Shown: in pieces, positions 12,539-25,600 of the stretch
How positions within the stretch are numbered: position 1 is the stretch's first letter
Layout: every line of letters begins with the position of its first letter
NCBI RefSeq assembly: GCF_963506605.1
Contig: NC_083281.1
Span: 37,572,001 to 37,636,000 of the forward strand
From: Zootoca vivipara
Taxonomy: Eukaryota
DNA: 64,000 bases
Direction of reading: 5' to 3'
Position numbers and translations under genes: made by a program
The notes under the pieces: generated by a model
Database searches by the model: none
Told to the model about the DNA's origin: nothing
The model's input: only the letters and a program-made list of their open reading frames with translations

Positions 12539-12674
12539 CAGGCTTCCTCAAACTCCGCCCTCCAGATGTTTTGAGACTACAATTCCCATCATCCCTGACC
12601 ACTGGTCCTGCTAGCTAGGGATCATGGGAGTTGTAGGCCAAAAACATCTGGAGGGCCGAGGTTGATGGAGCCTG
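12539..12674. mobile_element. Palindromic 136-bp hAT MITE (variant TIR)
   Basis: Left end CAGGCTTCCTCAAACT, more degenerate right end; perfect 8-bp TSD TTCTAGTC. Confidence 0.9.
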
Positions 12675-12999
12675 TTCTAGTCCAACCGCTTGCAATGAAA
12701 AAATATGCTGGTAGCCCATATGGGGATCAAACCTGCGACCTTGGCATGATCAGCACCACGCCCTAATCACCTGAGCATTTATCATTAATGTTATTGTTAT
12801 TAGTTACGCACTCTTCACTCCAAGGACCCAGGGTGAGTTACAATATAAAAAAAGTTCAAAACATCTTACAATCCCAACAGCAAGAGGAGTCTTAAAACGT
12901 ACAAACATCAAGTGTCAGTAAGCAACTGAGGTGTGACATTTGTGTGCCATTACTTAGTCATAGGCAGTGTCTCCTGAAACCAGGTCACACACTTTAGAC

Positions 13000-13181
13000 C
13001 AGAGCTTTCCAAACTTTTCATGTTGGTCGGAGACACTTTTTAGACATGCATCATTTCGCAACACAGTAATTCAGTTTTACTAGCAAACCAGAGGTTAAAT
13101 TAACCCCTTTCCAGCCCCAGGAGGAGCGCAGGGAGTGTTCGTGCGACACACTAATGTGCCGTGACAGTTTGGAAAGCTCTG
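13000..13181. mobile_element. hAT-type non-autonomous element
   Basis: Perfect 16-bp TIR CAGAGCTTTCCAAACT; imperfect 8-bp TSD CTTTAGAC/CTTTACAT. Confidence 0.8.
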
Positions 13182-13446
13182 CTTTACATGTAGACATGAT
13201 AGAATTGCCACATGCCACAACCAAGACACACCTGCAGGTTGTGATCTTTAACTCAGTAGTCCACCAGCCATGCTTTCATGGCATTTACAAGGGCCCTGTG
13301 GACACATTTGGAAATTATTGCCTTGTGGCAAGCATGGGTGATCTGTGGCCTTCCAAATGTTGTAGGACTCCCAAGTCCCAGTAAGCAAAATATACACCTC
13401 AACAAACAACGTGGAACAGACAGACACAAATGTCCAGTGTTTGGCT

Positions 13447-13452
13447 TTTATT
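13447..13452 (-). terminator. Candidate ELOA polyadenylation signal (AATAAA), implying a ~3.15-kb 3' UTR
   Basis: TTTATT on +; GT-rich downstream sequence on the minus strand; marks the edge of the repeat-poor block 13430-16598. Confidence 0.65.
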
Positions 13453-16400
13453 GAGACACAATTTTCTTCCTTTCATATAACTTATCTAGTTAAAATATTC
13501 ATCTCCATATAGTTACCACAAAAAAGTAAAATAGAAAACTGTTATTTACAGCTGTGGGAAACAAAAGACAAATGCAATTCAGCATTACCTTTTCCTTGTA
13601 GTATGCAAAAAAAAAGGAAGGAAGGAAGGGGAGGAAGGGCACTTTCATTCAATTCCTTTGCATGTAGAATAGCTCTGAAAATTGTACCCATTTTAAAATG
13701 TGTGGTAAGCCCAAAGAAGAATCAGAATTGGAGTCATTTTACTCTGCACAAGATTGTTTGTGTATCACCCAGGCACTGAAAAGCTTTTTTTAAAAAGCTT
13801 TTTAAGCCAACTGATCTAGCATCTGGCTGGAGAAAAAGCCCACCTGTGAAATAGAGGGGTATGACAATGTGCTAGTTCATTCTCCATTGGGTCCGCTTTT
13901 CCTATTTGAGAAAATTTGTTCCAGTATCACTGAGCTAGATGTCACAATATTTTGCACTGCAACTTTCATCGGACAATGCCACCTAACTAGTCCGTAATAC
14001 TGATAAGACAGCTGAAGTCTCAGATTAGACACAAAGGGTGGAATATACTCGATGGTTCAGTTTCAGTGGTGGAATACACCCGATGGTATACTGATAGCAG
14101 CAGCAAGTATCATCCAGACACTCATCTCTACCAACAAGATGGCAATAGCAACGGTCAGAAATTGAGGGGCAAACCCTGATCTCAGAGAACTAGCTCATCC
14201 AACTGCCCATTTTTCAGTCAAGCAAGCCTGATATCACATCATTCTGGTCCAGTGGCTGCCACAGTACACTATGGAGCTTTCTCCTACACCAAGGCTGTTG
14301 CAGACTAATGATATCAACCACTGCAAGGTGGGAGGGGCTACAGCCAGCTGACCATTTCAAACACACAATTCCTCAGATGCTTCCTTGGCTAGGAAAAACA
14401 GGGAAACCACCCACATTTCCTTTACTCTTTGTGGCTAACAGAAGGGATTTTTTCCAGGGTCAAATGCTCTTTCCTCAGTGATTGATAATTCTTCAATTCC
14501 CCCCCCCCCATCCACACCACCGATCCCAATTATTACAAGGAGAAAATACATTAAGTACAACAGTTGGCAGAAGATTTATCTATATAATAAACTAAATTAA
14601 TACAGCAAAATGAAGTACAGCAAAAAGCAAAAAGGAGCATGATTTTCTTTTCTTTTTTTCAACATCACAACACACCTTGAAATGCTACACGATGTCTTTA
14701 AAGCTTCTGGGGAACTTTAATCAGCTCCAAACAGAATGAGAGAGACCGAGAGTCCCGTTTTCGAACACCATCATCATTAAAATTTTCATGTGTGTGTGTA
14801 TGTGTGCACGTGTATAAAATTGGAACTTTGAGGGACATTGGGGTGCTTTTTTCAGCTTGAGCAGAGAGAACATCAAGAGGGTTTTCAAACCCTGCATGGC
14901 ACACACTTCATAGGTCCCATCTAGCCCCAAGCATTGAGGAATTAGCAGCAGGGTTTTTTAAAGGTAGCAGGGCTTCTTCAGCTGCTGCAATTCGGTTAAC
15001 ATCACCGAGTGTCAGTCAAACTGTGGAACATCCTTGCAAGGCCTGAAGAAAGAGATTCCCATCTCCCACTTTCACGTGATCAGAAAAGGGCTAGGCTCCT
15101 TCACAAACCCCCTAGCCGAACTTCATGCAGCCTTGGCAACAAGAAAAACACACCGTCAAGTCTCCCAAAACTGATTCAGACCTGCCCAACCAACAACCCC
15201 CATCTCCATCAGCATAAATAATAGTTAAAGCCTGTGCTCCCTCCAGCTGCTGAAAAAGCAGGCCCCCAAAAGTACAGCTGCCTCAAACTCCTCAGACAGA
15301 CAAGAAAGGTGTAACTCCCAGTGGATTTTCTCCCTTCGCCTCTTGCATGGGGAAAATACAAGTCCAGATTCTACTCAGTTGCACAAGCTGCCGCTTCAAG
15401 GTAGACAAAACACCTGCATCTTTTGCCTGGAGCTCCTTCTAAGATTAGGTGCCATCCAAGATTCTTGGGCGAAAGAAGTTTCATCATCTTCCCATCTAGA
15501 AGCTCAATGTGAAAATGAAGACAGGCGGTAAAGCTACTCCATGCATCTCTCCCAAAGTTCCTTGCAGGGAACTGATTAAAGTGCCAGTTGTTGTCATCAT
15601 TTTTTTAAAAAGTCAGAAAAACAGTCTGACCAAAAACTGGAAGTGGGTATTAGAATAACAACAACACCCCTAAACCCACCAAGAGAGGTGTTAGGAACAG
15701 GGACACAAAACTTTAAACATCACTATTCATTTTTAAAAATAAAATTGGCTTTCAAATCAGAGATCAGTCTCAAATTCAGCAGATTGCTTTAAATTTAGAT
15801 TTCTGCAACCTGCCATTTTCTCTCCTCTCCTGAGGCTCCTCCTCTCAGATCCTGTGCTGTTTTTCCTATGAGTTTAAAAGGAAGAGGAAGAAGTGGAAGA
15901 GCTTTATCATGTGTTTTTTTTTGCCAAATGAAGAGAAGGGAGAAATGGCAGGGGGCAGGGACTGTTTTGTGTCCATATGTAGAAAGGCCTAATCAACACA
16001 TATCTGGCATGAGAGTTTTAGGGATAAGAGGGAAAATGGGGGTTTAAGAATTGAGAGGATAAGAACGTGCTGCGCCAGGGCTGATTTGATAGAGGGCTGG
16101 CAAAACCATGGGGTGGATCTAGGGCTCTGGGGTTCCAAATGGGGTTTGAGAAACAGCAGCGGCTGCCACAGTCACAAGTAAAGGCCTTTGTTCGTAACAG
16201 TACCAGCAAAAAAGAACTCTCCAAACTGGATGCTAGGAGAGATCAAGATCCATACATATTGGGACTGAGAAAAGAACACTGTAGGTAGAGGAAGAAGGTA
16301 TTCCTTTCCATTCTGGAGTTCAGAGAAAGAGACTGAAGGAAGAGCAACAGTTTGTGGACCTTCTTATCTCAGCAAGTGCCAAGACTTCACATTTTAAAAA

Positions 16401-16598
16401 ACGCTGGGTGAACAGACCAGGTTGTGGGAGCAGAGGAAGGAACTGGAGGGCTGCTTTGAACAATACTGTGCTGTTGGTCTTAAAATTGGGCTTGGGGGGA
16501 TTCTTAGCCACCCCAACCCCTCCCTGTTTTCCCATTAAGCACTGCTTCCATCAAAAGAGGAGGAGAATAATTTCCTTCTCGCTCAGGCATGGGTGTCT

Positions 16599-16660
16599 TT
16601 ATCTCCGAGAAAATCGGTTTTTGAACTCTTTAATCGTCTTCGCCATCATAGGTGCAATCT
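16599..16660 (-). CDS. ELOA: ELOA coding exon 11 (last)
   Basis: tttgtttcag|AGATTGCA; [19 protein letters not shown]. Confidence 0.95.
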
Positions 16661-19600
16661 CTGAAACAAAACAATAAAGACAGAGAGAAAAGGGAAGTTG
16701 AGACCATCTCGTGCAATTAGTGCCTGTGGAATACAGAGCCCCCAAATTGATGTGTAAAATAAGATTCTAGCCCTTTAAATCAAGATGCCCTATAGCTCCA
16801 GCATTGTTCCCGGGCTGTATTACAATGTATACGAAGAGCTACGAGTTCAAGCAGAGCATAACCCCTGGAGAAAGCTGCATTCCCACATTTGCCTTACTTA
16901 CTCTTCACAGGAGGCTTCCTGGAGTCATAGCCAGCAGAGGAGGCACTGCCCAGGGACGGCCCTGAGTGGCCGCTGCTAGTGCTGGGTCCATCGTAGGACT
17001 GTTCCTCTTCTGTGTGAACGGTGCTGCTTTTAACAGGCGTGAAGTACACTGGTTTGATCCTAGACAGAGAGAAAAGACACAAGGGTTGGCTACAGATTGC
17101 TCTGTGTGCACCCAAGAAATCACACTGCTGCCGGAATAAGTGAGGCAATTTCAATCACTCTGAGTTGAAGCTGAGTTGAAGCTGGAAGAATGTAGAAGAG
17201 AGGGTGTCAGTTTAGAATCAGGGAGAGTGGAATCTCTCTCTTTCTCAGCCTAACATCCCTCACAGGGAGGTTGCAAGGATTTAAGAAAAAAAGCACATGA
17301 GACTAACAATGAATGGAAGAGAAGATATTTTAGTACCACTGCTAAATCTGAACTGTCTTAAGCAAACTTCTCCAACCTAGCACCCTCCAGATGTTTTGTA
17401 ATACAACTCCAATCAGCCCCAACCATCATACTTGCTATGTGAAAGCAACTGCTAGACCAAAAAACAATCAAAACTGTACACTTCAGCCTCACGGACACTT
17501 GCTCCCTCTCCCTACAAATTGTCTCCTGTTAGTCTGGGTCCTGCCTAGGCTCAAGGAATCATCCGCTTCTGCAAACATCATAGCAGCCACGATGGGCCAA
17601 AATGGAGGACAGGAATGAGAAGTACACATCTTGTAAGCTGCTTGGAACTTTTCCTGAATCACAGTGACAATGGCACCTTAAGAACAAGGAAGAGCCCTCC
17701 CTGCTGGATCAGAGAATAGCAGTCATCTTGCCCAGCATCTTGTTTGCACAGTGGCCAACCCAAAGCCCTAAAACAGGACCTGAGGGCAACAGCAACACTT
17801 CCCACTTGTGAATATTTGGTGACCAGAACCCAAGACAGTTAAAAGACAATGCCATACCCAGTAAGATGCTAAGGAGAACTACAACGGAATCTCAGAGAAT
17901 GTGGAATTGTAACTTTATTGGACTGTATGAGGAAAATGCTGGAATGTGTCAAAGTGAGCTGCCAGAAACCCGGAATTCCAGTTACACTTTCCCCTAGTTA
18001 GATTACAGACACCTCACATCCTATAGAAGTTCTCTTATGTAAGTAATAGACTGGATGTGAAAAAAATGGAAAATTCTGGTCCAGTTCTTGAGCAAGCTAG
18101 ATGTGCAAAGATACTTTTCTCTCTCTTACCATTAGTCCTCCTTCACACACTCTTTCCTAGCTGAAAAAAAGATCCTAGCCTATGGCCCTGGCTGGGTGAT
18201 TATGGACTTTGTTTCAAAATGCAAGGGAACTTACATGTTAGGACATATTCTGTGAATGACGCATTGTTTATCAATAAACCAACTGATTCGTTTCAGTTAA
18301 AGTCTTGAGTGTGTGGTCTTTATCAGTAGTTGAGCTTTACTCCCTGAACCACTGGTTGATAAAGTACAAATCGGGAATCAGATTATATCACCAAATTAAC
18401 ACCCCTAGGTCCTCTCCTCCTCAATATTACAAAAAAAGAGTGACTATGTGGTTTCAGGCTCACTTGATTTTCTCTGGGACCGCAGCTCCTCCAGTCCCAA
18501 ATTTTGCTTGCCGTCTCAGCACATCCCGGGGCGGCTTGGCCACTGAATTGACGAAAGCCATCTTGGCTACTCTGCCTAAAATGGTGAGCAAATAGAGAAG
18601 GATCAGGTTAAACAAAAGGCGCTTTGCAAGGAAAACCCATATATCCACCCCCTCTCCCTGCTCATGGCCTCAAGTCGCTCATGGAGCAGGGGGAGGCTTT
18701 CTCCCAACATCAAGCACATGGCTTGCATCCTCTCTGATGAAAGCTTCCTCCTGCTGCACCTTTTCCTCCATGAAATTCCAGAATGATCCCAGTGATAGCA
18801 TCTTCCCTCTGACAATATGCAATACACATACAGGCCATTTCACCGCTAACTGCCAAGAGCAACTCAAGCATGCATGATTAGACTCACAGTCTTTTAGGAC
18901 AGGGGGCACTTGACATCTAGGACATGGCTACGGCCCCTTTAAAAGAACCAACTCTAGGTAATATTCAGCAGGCAAAGTTTCCTCCCCCCCCCAATCACTG
19001 CAACACTGGAGATGGGAAAAAGTTATTTCTTTGGAAATCTGCAGATTAAAGGAACAGGGGCCCCAATCCCAGATGGAGTGCAGCAACCCTACTCTGTAGA
19101 ACAAGGTAGTGCTGCCAACATTTCTGCCGGTTATTGTAGTCGTTCCTTCAACAGCAGCTTGATTTGTGGATGTAGGCAAGCAATAACATTTCACTCCATG
19201 CCGTGAGAAGTTTCTTGTTTTAAAAAGATACAGGAGAGAGCCAGAGCACTTCACTGGTTAGTTAATAACCTTAGAGCAGGCATCCCCAAACTGTGGCCCT
19301 CCAGATGTTTTGGCCTACAACTCCCATGATCCCTAACTAACAGGACCAGTGGTCAGGGATGATGGGAATTGTAGTCCAAAACATCTGGAGGGCCGAAGTT
19401 TGGGGATGCCTGCCTTAGAGAGTCAGCTGTGAAAGGGCTACAGGACAGATTCTCATTTCCTAGAATGGAGCCAAACCCCTCAGACACCTCGTGTTATCAA
19501 GTACAGCCATGCCTCTGAAGGAGCTCTGACTGAAGACCCAAACATATCATATCTTGTTTGTCCTTGTTCTTCTGCCTTTAACAAACACCTGCCTGGCACA

Positions 19601-22600
19601 AGGAAGTTAAATAAGTGAAGATCCCATTAGGGCTGCCATATGCCTGGAATTTCCTTGTAAACAGCGCCTGGGCAGAAATTGCTTAAATGTCCTGGAAAAT
19701 GCGGACATATGGCAACCCATGTCGGAAGTGTAGGTTTTGGCAAATTTCCTTAAAAATAGCTCAAAACTTTTTTATTTTTTTGAGATTTTGTAAAAAAAAA
19801 AAATGTGTCTGGATTTTCACTTTCTGAAATATAGCAACCCTACATTACACATCAGACCGGTGCTGACTCTCTTTTCAGCACCTACTCAATACTTTCCTTT
19901 TTAAACAAACCTTTTATGTAGAGATTTTTACTCCAGTGTGTACCTGTACTGGGTTCAAATTTGTGTTTATATATGAAATTGTTTAAATCATTTTTTTTAA
20001 ATCTATGAAATGATTTTATAGAGGTTTTACTAGTTGATTTTTTAAAATTGCTAAAACATTTAAATATGTTTCACAGGAAACAATTCACAAATGAAAGTAA
20101 ATAAACCAGATGTTTCCTTCTCATTGTTTCCAGGCTTGATGCTAAATTTCTGTCCACCTAAGCTACTGCTGAAGTCAGAAGAGCAGGACTATTTAAAAAA
20201 AAAGGTTGGCCGTTCTCATTTACACTTCCTTTCAGTTTCATAAGCAAATGGCTAGCATTTCCCCCTCAAATCCCAGGTCTTCACATTCTACCTTTGGGTT
20301 TATTGGCATGAGCCGACTGGATGTTTTTGGTCAACATCAGCAGCCGTTGCTCGCGGGCATCGTGCAGGCGCAAGTACATCTCCCGCCACGACTCGAACTC
20401 CTCTGGCTTCTCCTTCTTGAAGTCGCGAATGCAGTGATTGTGCCACAATTGATCTGTGTCTTCGATTAAAACCTGCAGGCCATGAGCAGAGAAAAGGCTT
20501 GAGCCCAGCAAATGGGAAAGACAGAAGGCAAAACATTGGACAAACACTGCAGGGGATTAAATTAATTCTCTACACATCCACTTGGAACTGCTTTTCTAAA
20601 GGCAGGCTTCTTAAAGGCAGAGCTCTCTGCAATGCTCTTGAGAGACCACTTGTACCACCTGCCTCCTGGTTGTCTGGGGAGGCAGCATTTCATTCCCCCT
20701 TGGAGCATAAATTAAAGGGCTCTTGAGTGTGTTTTTTCACTCTCCAAAAACATGTGACACCTCTCTCTTTTTTCACCTCTGTTTATACCCCCGAGGCTCA
20801 TTTAGCGCAGCAACAGCTGCTGACCAACCTGCACTGCAATAACCAGGATCTAATTCCCTCTATTGAGCACAACTCAGAATGAAAAAAAGCAGCATCCACT
20901 CCATCGCAGTCTAGGGAACCCTAATCCAGCTGTACTCTAAGAGATTCTGCCTTGTAGGAAGGTAGCAAAATCCACATGTACTATGAAAGCAGCTCACCCC
21001 AAACTAATGCCTTCCTGATGCTTTGGGTTACAATTTCTACCAGCCACATCCAGCACTGCCAGCAGTCAGGGATGATGGTAGTGGCACTCCAAAACTTCTG
21101 GAGGGCACCAGATTGGGTAAATCTGTATTAAGGTTTCTCATCAAAACACAACTGGTATGACATTTAACAAAGTGCTTGCTGACTTAAGGAGGAAACACAC
21201 ACGCACCCTGAATAAATCTGTGCTGCCTTTTTTTAAAAAGCCATCAAAAAGAAAAAACCCCAAGAGGCTGATCAATTTTGTAATTCAAAATCTGAATTAG
21301 GAAGCCTAAACGGCTAGAACTTCAAGTTTCACATCAGAATTTGATCTCAGCGCCAGAAATGCTGGCCAGCATTCCCCAACCTTAAACTATGAGTTCCGAA
21401 TTAAAATGTTACTATTCAGCAAAGATGTAGTTCAACTGCCCCTTTTCCTGAAAAGCAATCAGGCTCATTGTATTCAATATTGTACATAAACGTTAAGTAG
21501 TTAATGATTTACACCCTTAGTAAGGTTGGTAAAGCAAAGGAAGGTGTGTCTTTGGAGTAAGTCAGATAATTCTCATATGGGTGAAATCAGTTGCATCCTG
21601 TCCACCTAGGACACTTTGGCCAATGTTGAGCAAACACAACAACATAATGGTTAAGAGCAGCCTTCTGGCTCCAGCTGAGGACAGGAACGGCAGCTAGATT
21701 TATAGCTCAGTAGTTTTTTAAGCTTTTAAATTTAGTTTTAAACTTAGTTTTGCCTTTTTAAACCGTTTTAAACCAAACTATTTTTGCATGTTGGAAAAGC
21801 AGGAAACAGAAGACTGTGGCTAACTGCAATTAACAGAGTTTTTGTCTTGTCAGCTTTCCTGTGGGAGCTTCAGATGAGTAAGCATTTTATAGATAAGACA
21901 CAACAGCTGCCCTATCAATCTTGACCATGGAGCACGGTGATACTGAAGGAGACCTGACTCCCTCTCCCCCTTACCCCATGGGAAAGTATTTGCTCTCCCT
22001 TCTCGACTCCAAGGCTGCCTTTCCTAAGAGAGTGGCTGGGAACCCATGCAAAGAACACTGTGAGCAGCCTTCTTCAACCTGGGACAACCAAAATGTTACC
22101 AGACTAAAACTCCAGAAATGCCTGACTGTGCTGTGCTGGCTGGAATTGATGGAGTTGGGAGTCCCAGTCTTCTGGAGGACAGCAGGTTGAGGAAGGCTGG
22201 GGTTTGAGTGTCAGAGTGGGACTGGGAAGACCTGGGTTCAAATCTCTCATGAGTCTAACCTACTTCACTGGGTTGTTGTGAGGTCAAATGGGAGGGGGGG
22301 AGAGAGAAGTGAGCCACTTACATTGGCCTGAGTTCATTGGAAGAAAGACCCAGATAAAGGAAAGAATTAATCATACCATATATACTAATATTGGTGGGGA
22401 GAGAAATGAGCATGCTCTGTAACATGGAATGCTGACCCTGCAAGTTTGGCTGAAGGAGAAAGGAATATCCTACAGATGGACATGACTTACTGGCTGGCAC
22501 CTGAACAGGAACATTCTGTGCTGCAAAAATTCGTTGCAGATCTCAATAAACAGAACCCAGGGTGCAAAACTACACAGAGAGGAAGGAGCAGTCTTGTTTC

Positions 22601-25600
22601 CTAATGCATGGGATAACCAGGGGCAGGTTCAAATCACCCTTTTCTGCCCCCAATGTAAGTAAATGGGGCTACATTTGATTACTGCAGAAGGCAGTAAGTA
22701 CTGGCAGCTGGGGGCATGGCTGCAATAAGGAAGTGGAAGCTAGTGCCCATTGGGACCAGTAGGGCAGAAGGCAGGGAGAACAACAGTAGGTGAAGCCAGA
22801 GCCACCGGCATACAGAGCCAAGTGATTCTTGTTTTGTCTCCATCTTCCTCTCTGCTGAGCTCTATAAGGGCAACACTGAGGCTTAGGAGAACTGGCAGCT
22901 AGTGCTACCCTAAATGGGTTGCAAGTGGGGGCTGTATGAAGGCAGGCAGAGGCTGATGAGGCAGCATGACACTTCCCCTAAGAGACCAGACTCCACTAAC
23001 ACACACTAATCACAGCCGGTAATGGAACAGCAGCAACAACAGATGCAAACACTTCTTGCCCCCGCCTCTCCCACACCATTTCATAACACTCACGTGATTG
23101 CAGTCCTCAATGCGGTACAGTTGCTCCGGGGTACATCTCTCCAAGACAGGCTCCAGCACAGAGAAAGGGACGCCGCCTACCTCATAGATTGCTGTAAGAG
23201 TGAAGGGGACCCATCAGGTCCATGAAAACACTGATTTGACTCGCTGTAGAGCACAGGCCACGGTAGCACCTTCTGAAACTCAGGGAGGTGTCAGAAGGCC
23301 ACAGCTATTGTGCTGGCTGGGGCTGGTGGGAGCTGCATTTCAAAAACATCTGAAGGGCTGGCAAAGGCAGAAACAGATCATAACAAATGTTCCCCGCAGG
23401 ACATTACCCAACTGGGGAGGGGGCAGTAAGCAGAAGCAAGACCTAGACTGCTTTGAACTTAACCAGTCACAGAGCCCATTGGTAGCAATGGACAGATATG
23501 TAGAAAGGGGTGCTTGAAACTGGCGTAGAGGAGCACACATATCAGGAGTGTTTGCCAGGAGAGTGGGGTGTGAATATTCTCCCAGTGGGGCTTTGAGAAT
23601 ATTTCTTTGTTAGCCGGAGGCTAACAAAGAAAGTGAACAAAAAAAAAGGTCATGGAGAGAAGCAGCAGCAAACGTCCTACTTCTATTTCAAACCACTATT
23701 TAGCACAGGGATGGGGAACCAAGAGGCCTCCAGGTGTTGTTATCGAGTCCAGTTCCCAACTAGCCTCAAGGGTGATGGGAGTTGTAGTCCATCAACATCT
23801 GAAGGACCACAAGTTCCCCATCGCTGAATGAGGAGGAGAATCTTGATATAGACGCAGGAAGGGGGGGGAGCTAGAGCAACAGACAGAGAGAACTTTCAAT
23901 AAATAAAGTGAAAGTTGCTGTTGGTCATGACTCTATGGATACAAATAAGGACGTTCCTGTAGCCCTGCATGTCTCTGGTGAAAGCCACATAAGGCTGGCA
24001 TTGGCAATTTAGAGTGGCAGCTACTGCAAGCCAATAGGAGCACAAGAAATTGCTTTAGATTGAGTCAGAACAGATCTGGGAGAGCAGGGTTCATATCCCC
24101 ACTTGTCCATGCAGCTCACTGAGCTCCTTGGAGGAAAGATGGGATATATAAATGAAAAATATATGCTGTATAGACAGGGGTCTCCAGCATTTCAGCCAGG
24201 AAATAACCATGGTTGCATTGAGGTGGGGCAGAAGGAAGGCACGGGTAAGGAGCTGTGGAGGAGGTCTAAGCAGCCCTCCCCTCCCCCACTATAAATACTC
24301 AGCCAACATGGGGAGCCAGAAATGGCAGTTTTCCTCAGCCAGCCAGAGGCCCGAAGCTCCTCCCTGCAAAACCCACCCCTTCATGTTAAAGGAGCCCATC
24401 TGCCAAATACTCACAGTCAATATTATTGCTGAGTACCCTGATGCATTGCTCATACAGAGACATCATCTTTGGGAGGTAGGCAGTCTTTGAGCCTGAGTAC
24501 ACCTGCATCTTGGAATTCAGCCTGCGTCCTGTGAAGCCAGCCTCGTCTTCCTCTGTGGGTGAGGACAGTACTGAGGGACAGGAGGAAAGTGAGATAAAAG
24601 CAGAGAAACAAGTCACTGTCAGTTCTCAGGATCCAGTACAGAGTTTAGGTAAATATTACACAAAGCTCAGATGGCTTGCTGAGTCCTTCCCAAGAAGACC
24701 TGCTGTCTCATTGCAGCAGGTCAAAGATCTGCCTCGGATACCACTCCATCTCCAGCCCTGGTCCCAAAGCTGCCACTGGGAAGCTGACAGCTCTTGAATC
24801 AGGAACTCAGGTATGCTGATGAACCTGGGAGATTCCACATAGCGATCGCCATGATTTATTACAGGGATGGGAAACCAGTGGTGTTCTAGATGTCGGTAGA
24901 CTGCATTTCCCATCAGCCTCTGCTGGCATGGTCAGCGGTCTGGAATTATGGGAGCTGCAGTACAGCAACATCTGGAGGGCCACTGGTTTTCTAGGAGTCG
25001 GCAAACCATCATCCATTAATTTGTCCAGTTCTTTTTTAATAGGCATGGCTCCCCTAACATGACAATGAACTGTTTTTATATTAATTCATTTTAAATTGAT
25101 GGAACACATGCCATTCTGATCCCAAGAGGTGGTTTATAAGTTCTCTTAATTACTACTATATTACTACACAACTGTGAATTATTATTATCCTATGATTTCA
25201 GTGGGTTGGTGTGAAGAATATACAAAGCTGCCTCATACCTAGACAAACCAGTGGCCGATCTAGCTCAGTGCTAGATTGGCAGCGGCTCTCCAGCGTTTCA
25301 GACAACAGTCTTTTCCAAGCCCTACCTGAAGATGCCACAGATTGCATTGAGAACCTTCTGCATGCAAAACATATTCTCTACCACTGAGTTCCAGCCCTTC
25401 TTCCACTAATATCATAATGACTAAAATGACTGAGAAGCAAAGAGCTTTTGAATGATGGTTCTCTATACCAGGCATCCAAAAGCAACACAGAAAACAAGGA
25501 GCATGCTGCACAGCAAAATACTGACAGAAGTGGAAATAAGCCTCGCATGAACCAAATCACGGATCAATGAAGTGAAATCCATGCCTGCATTTCAAAGACA

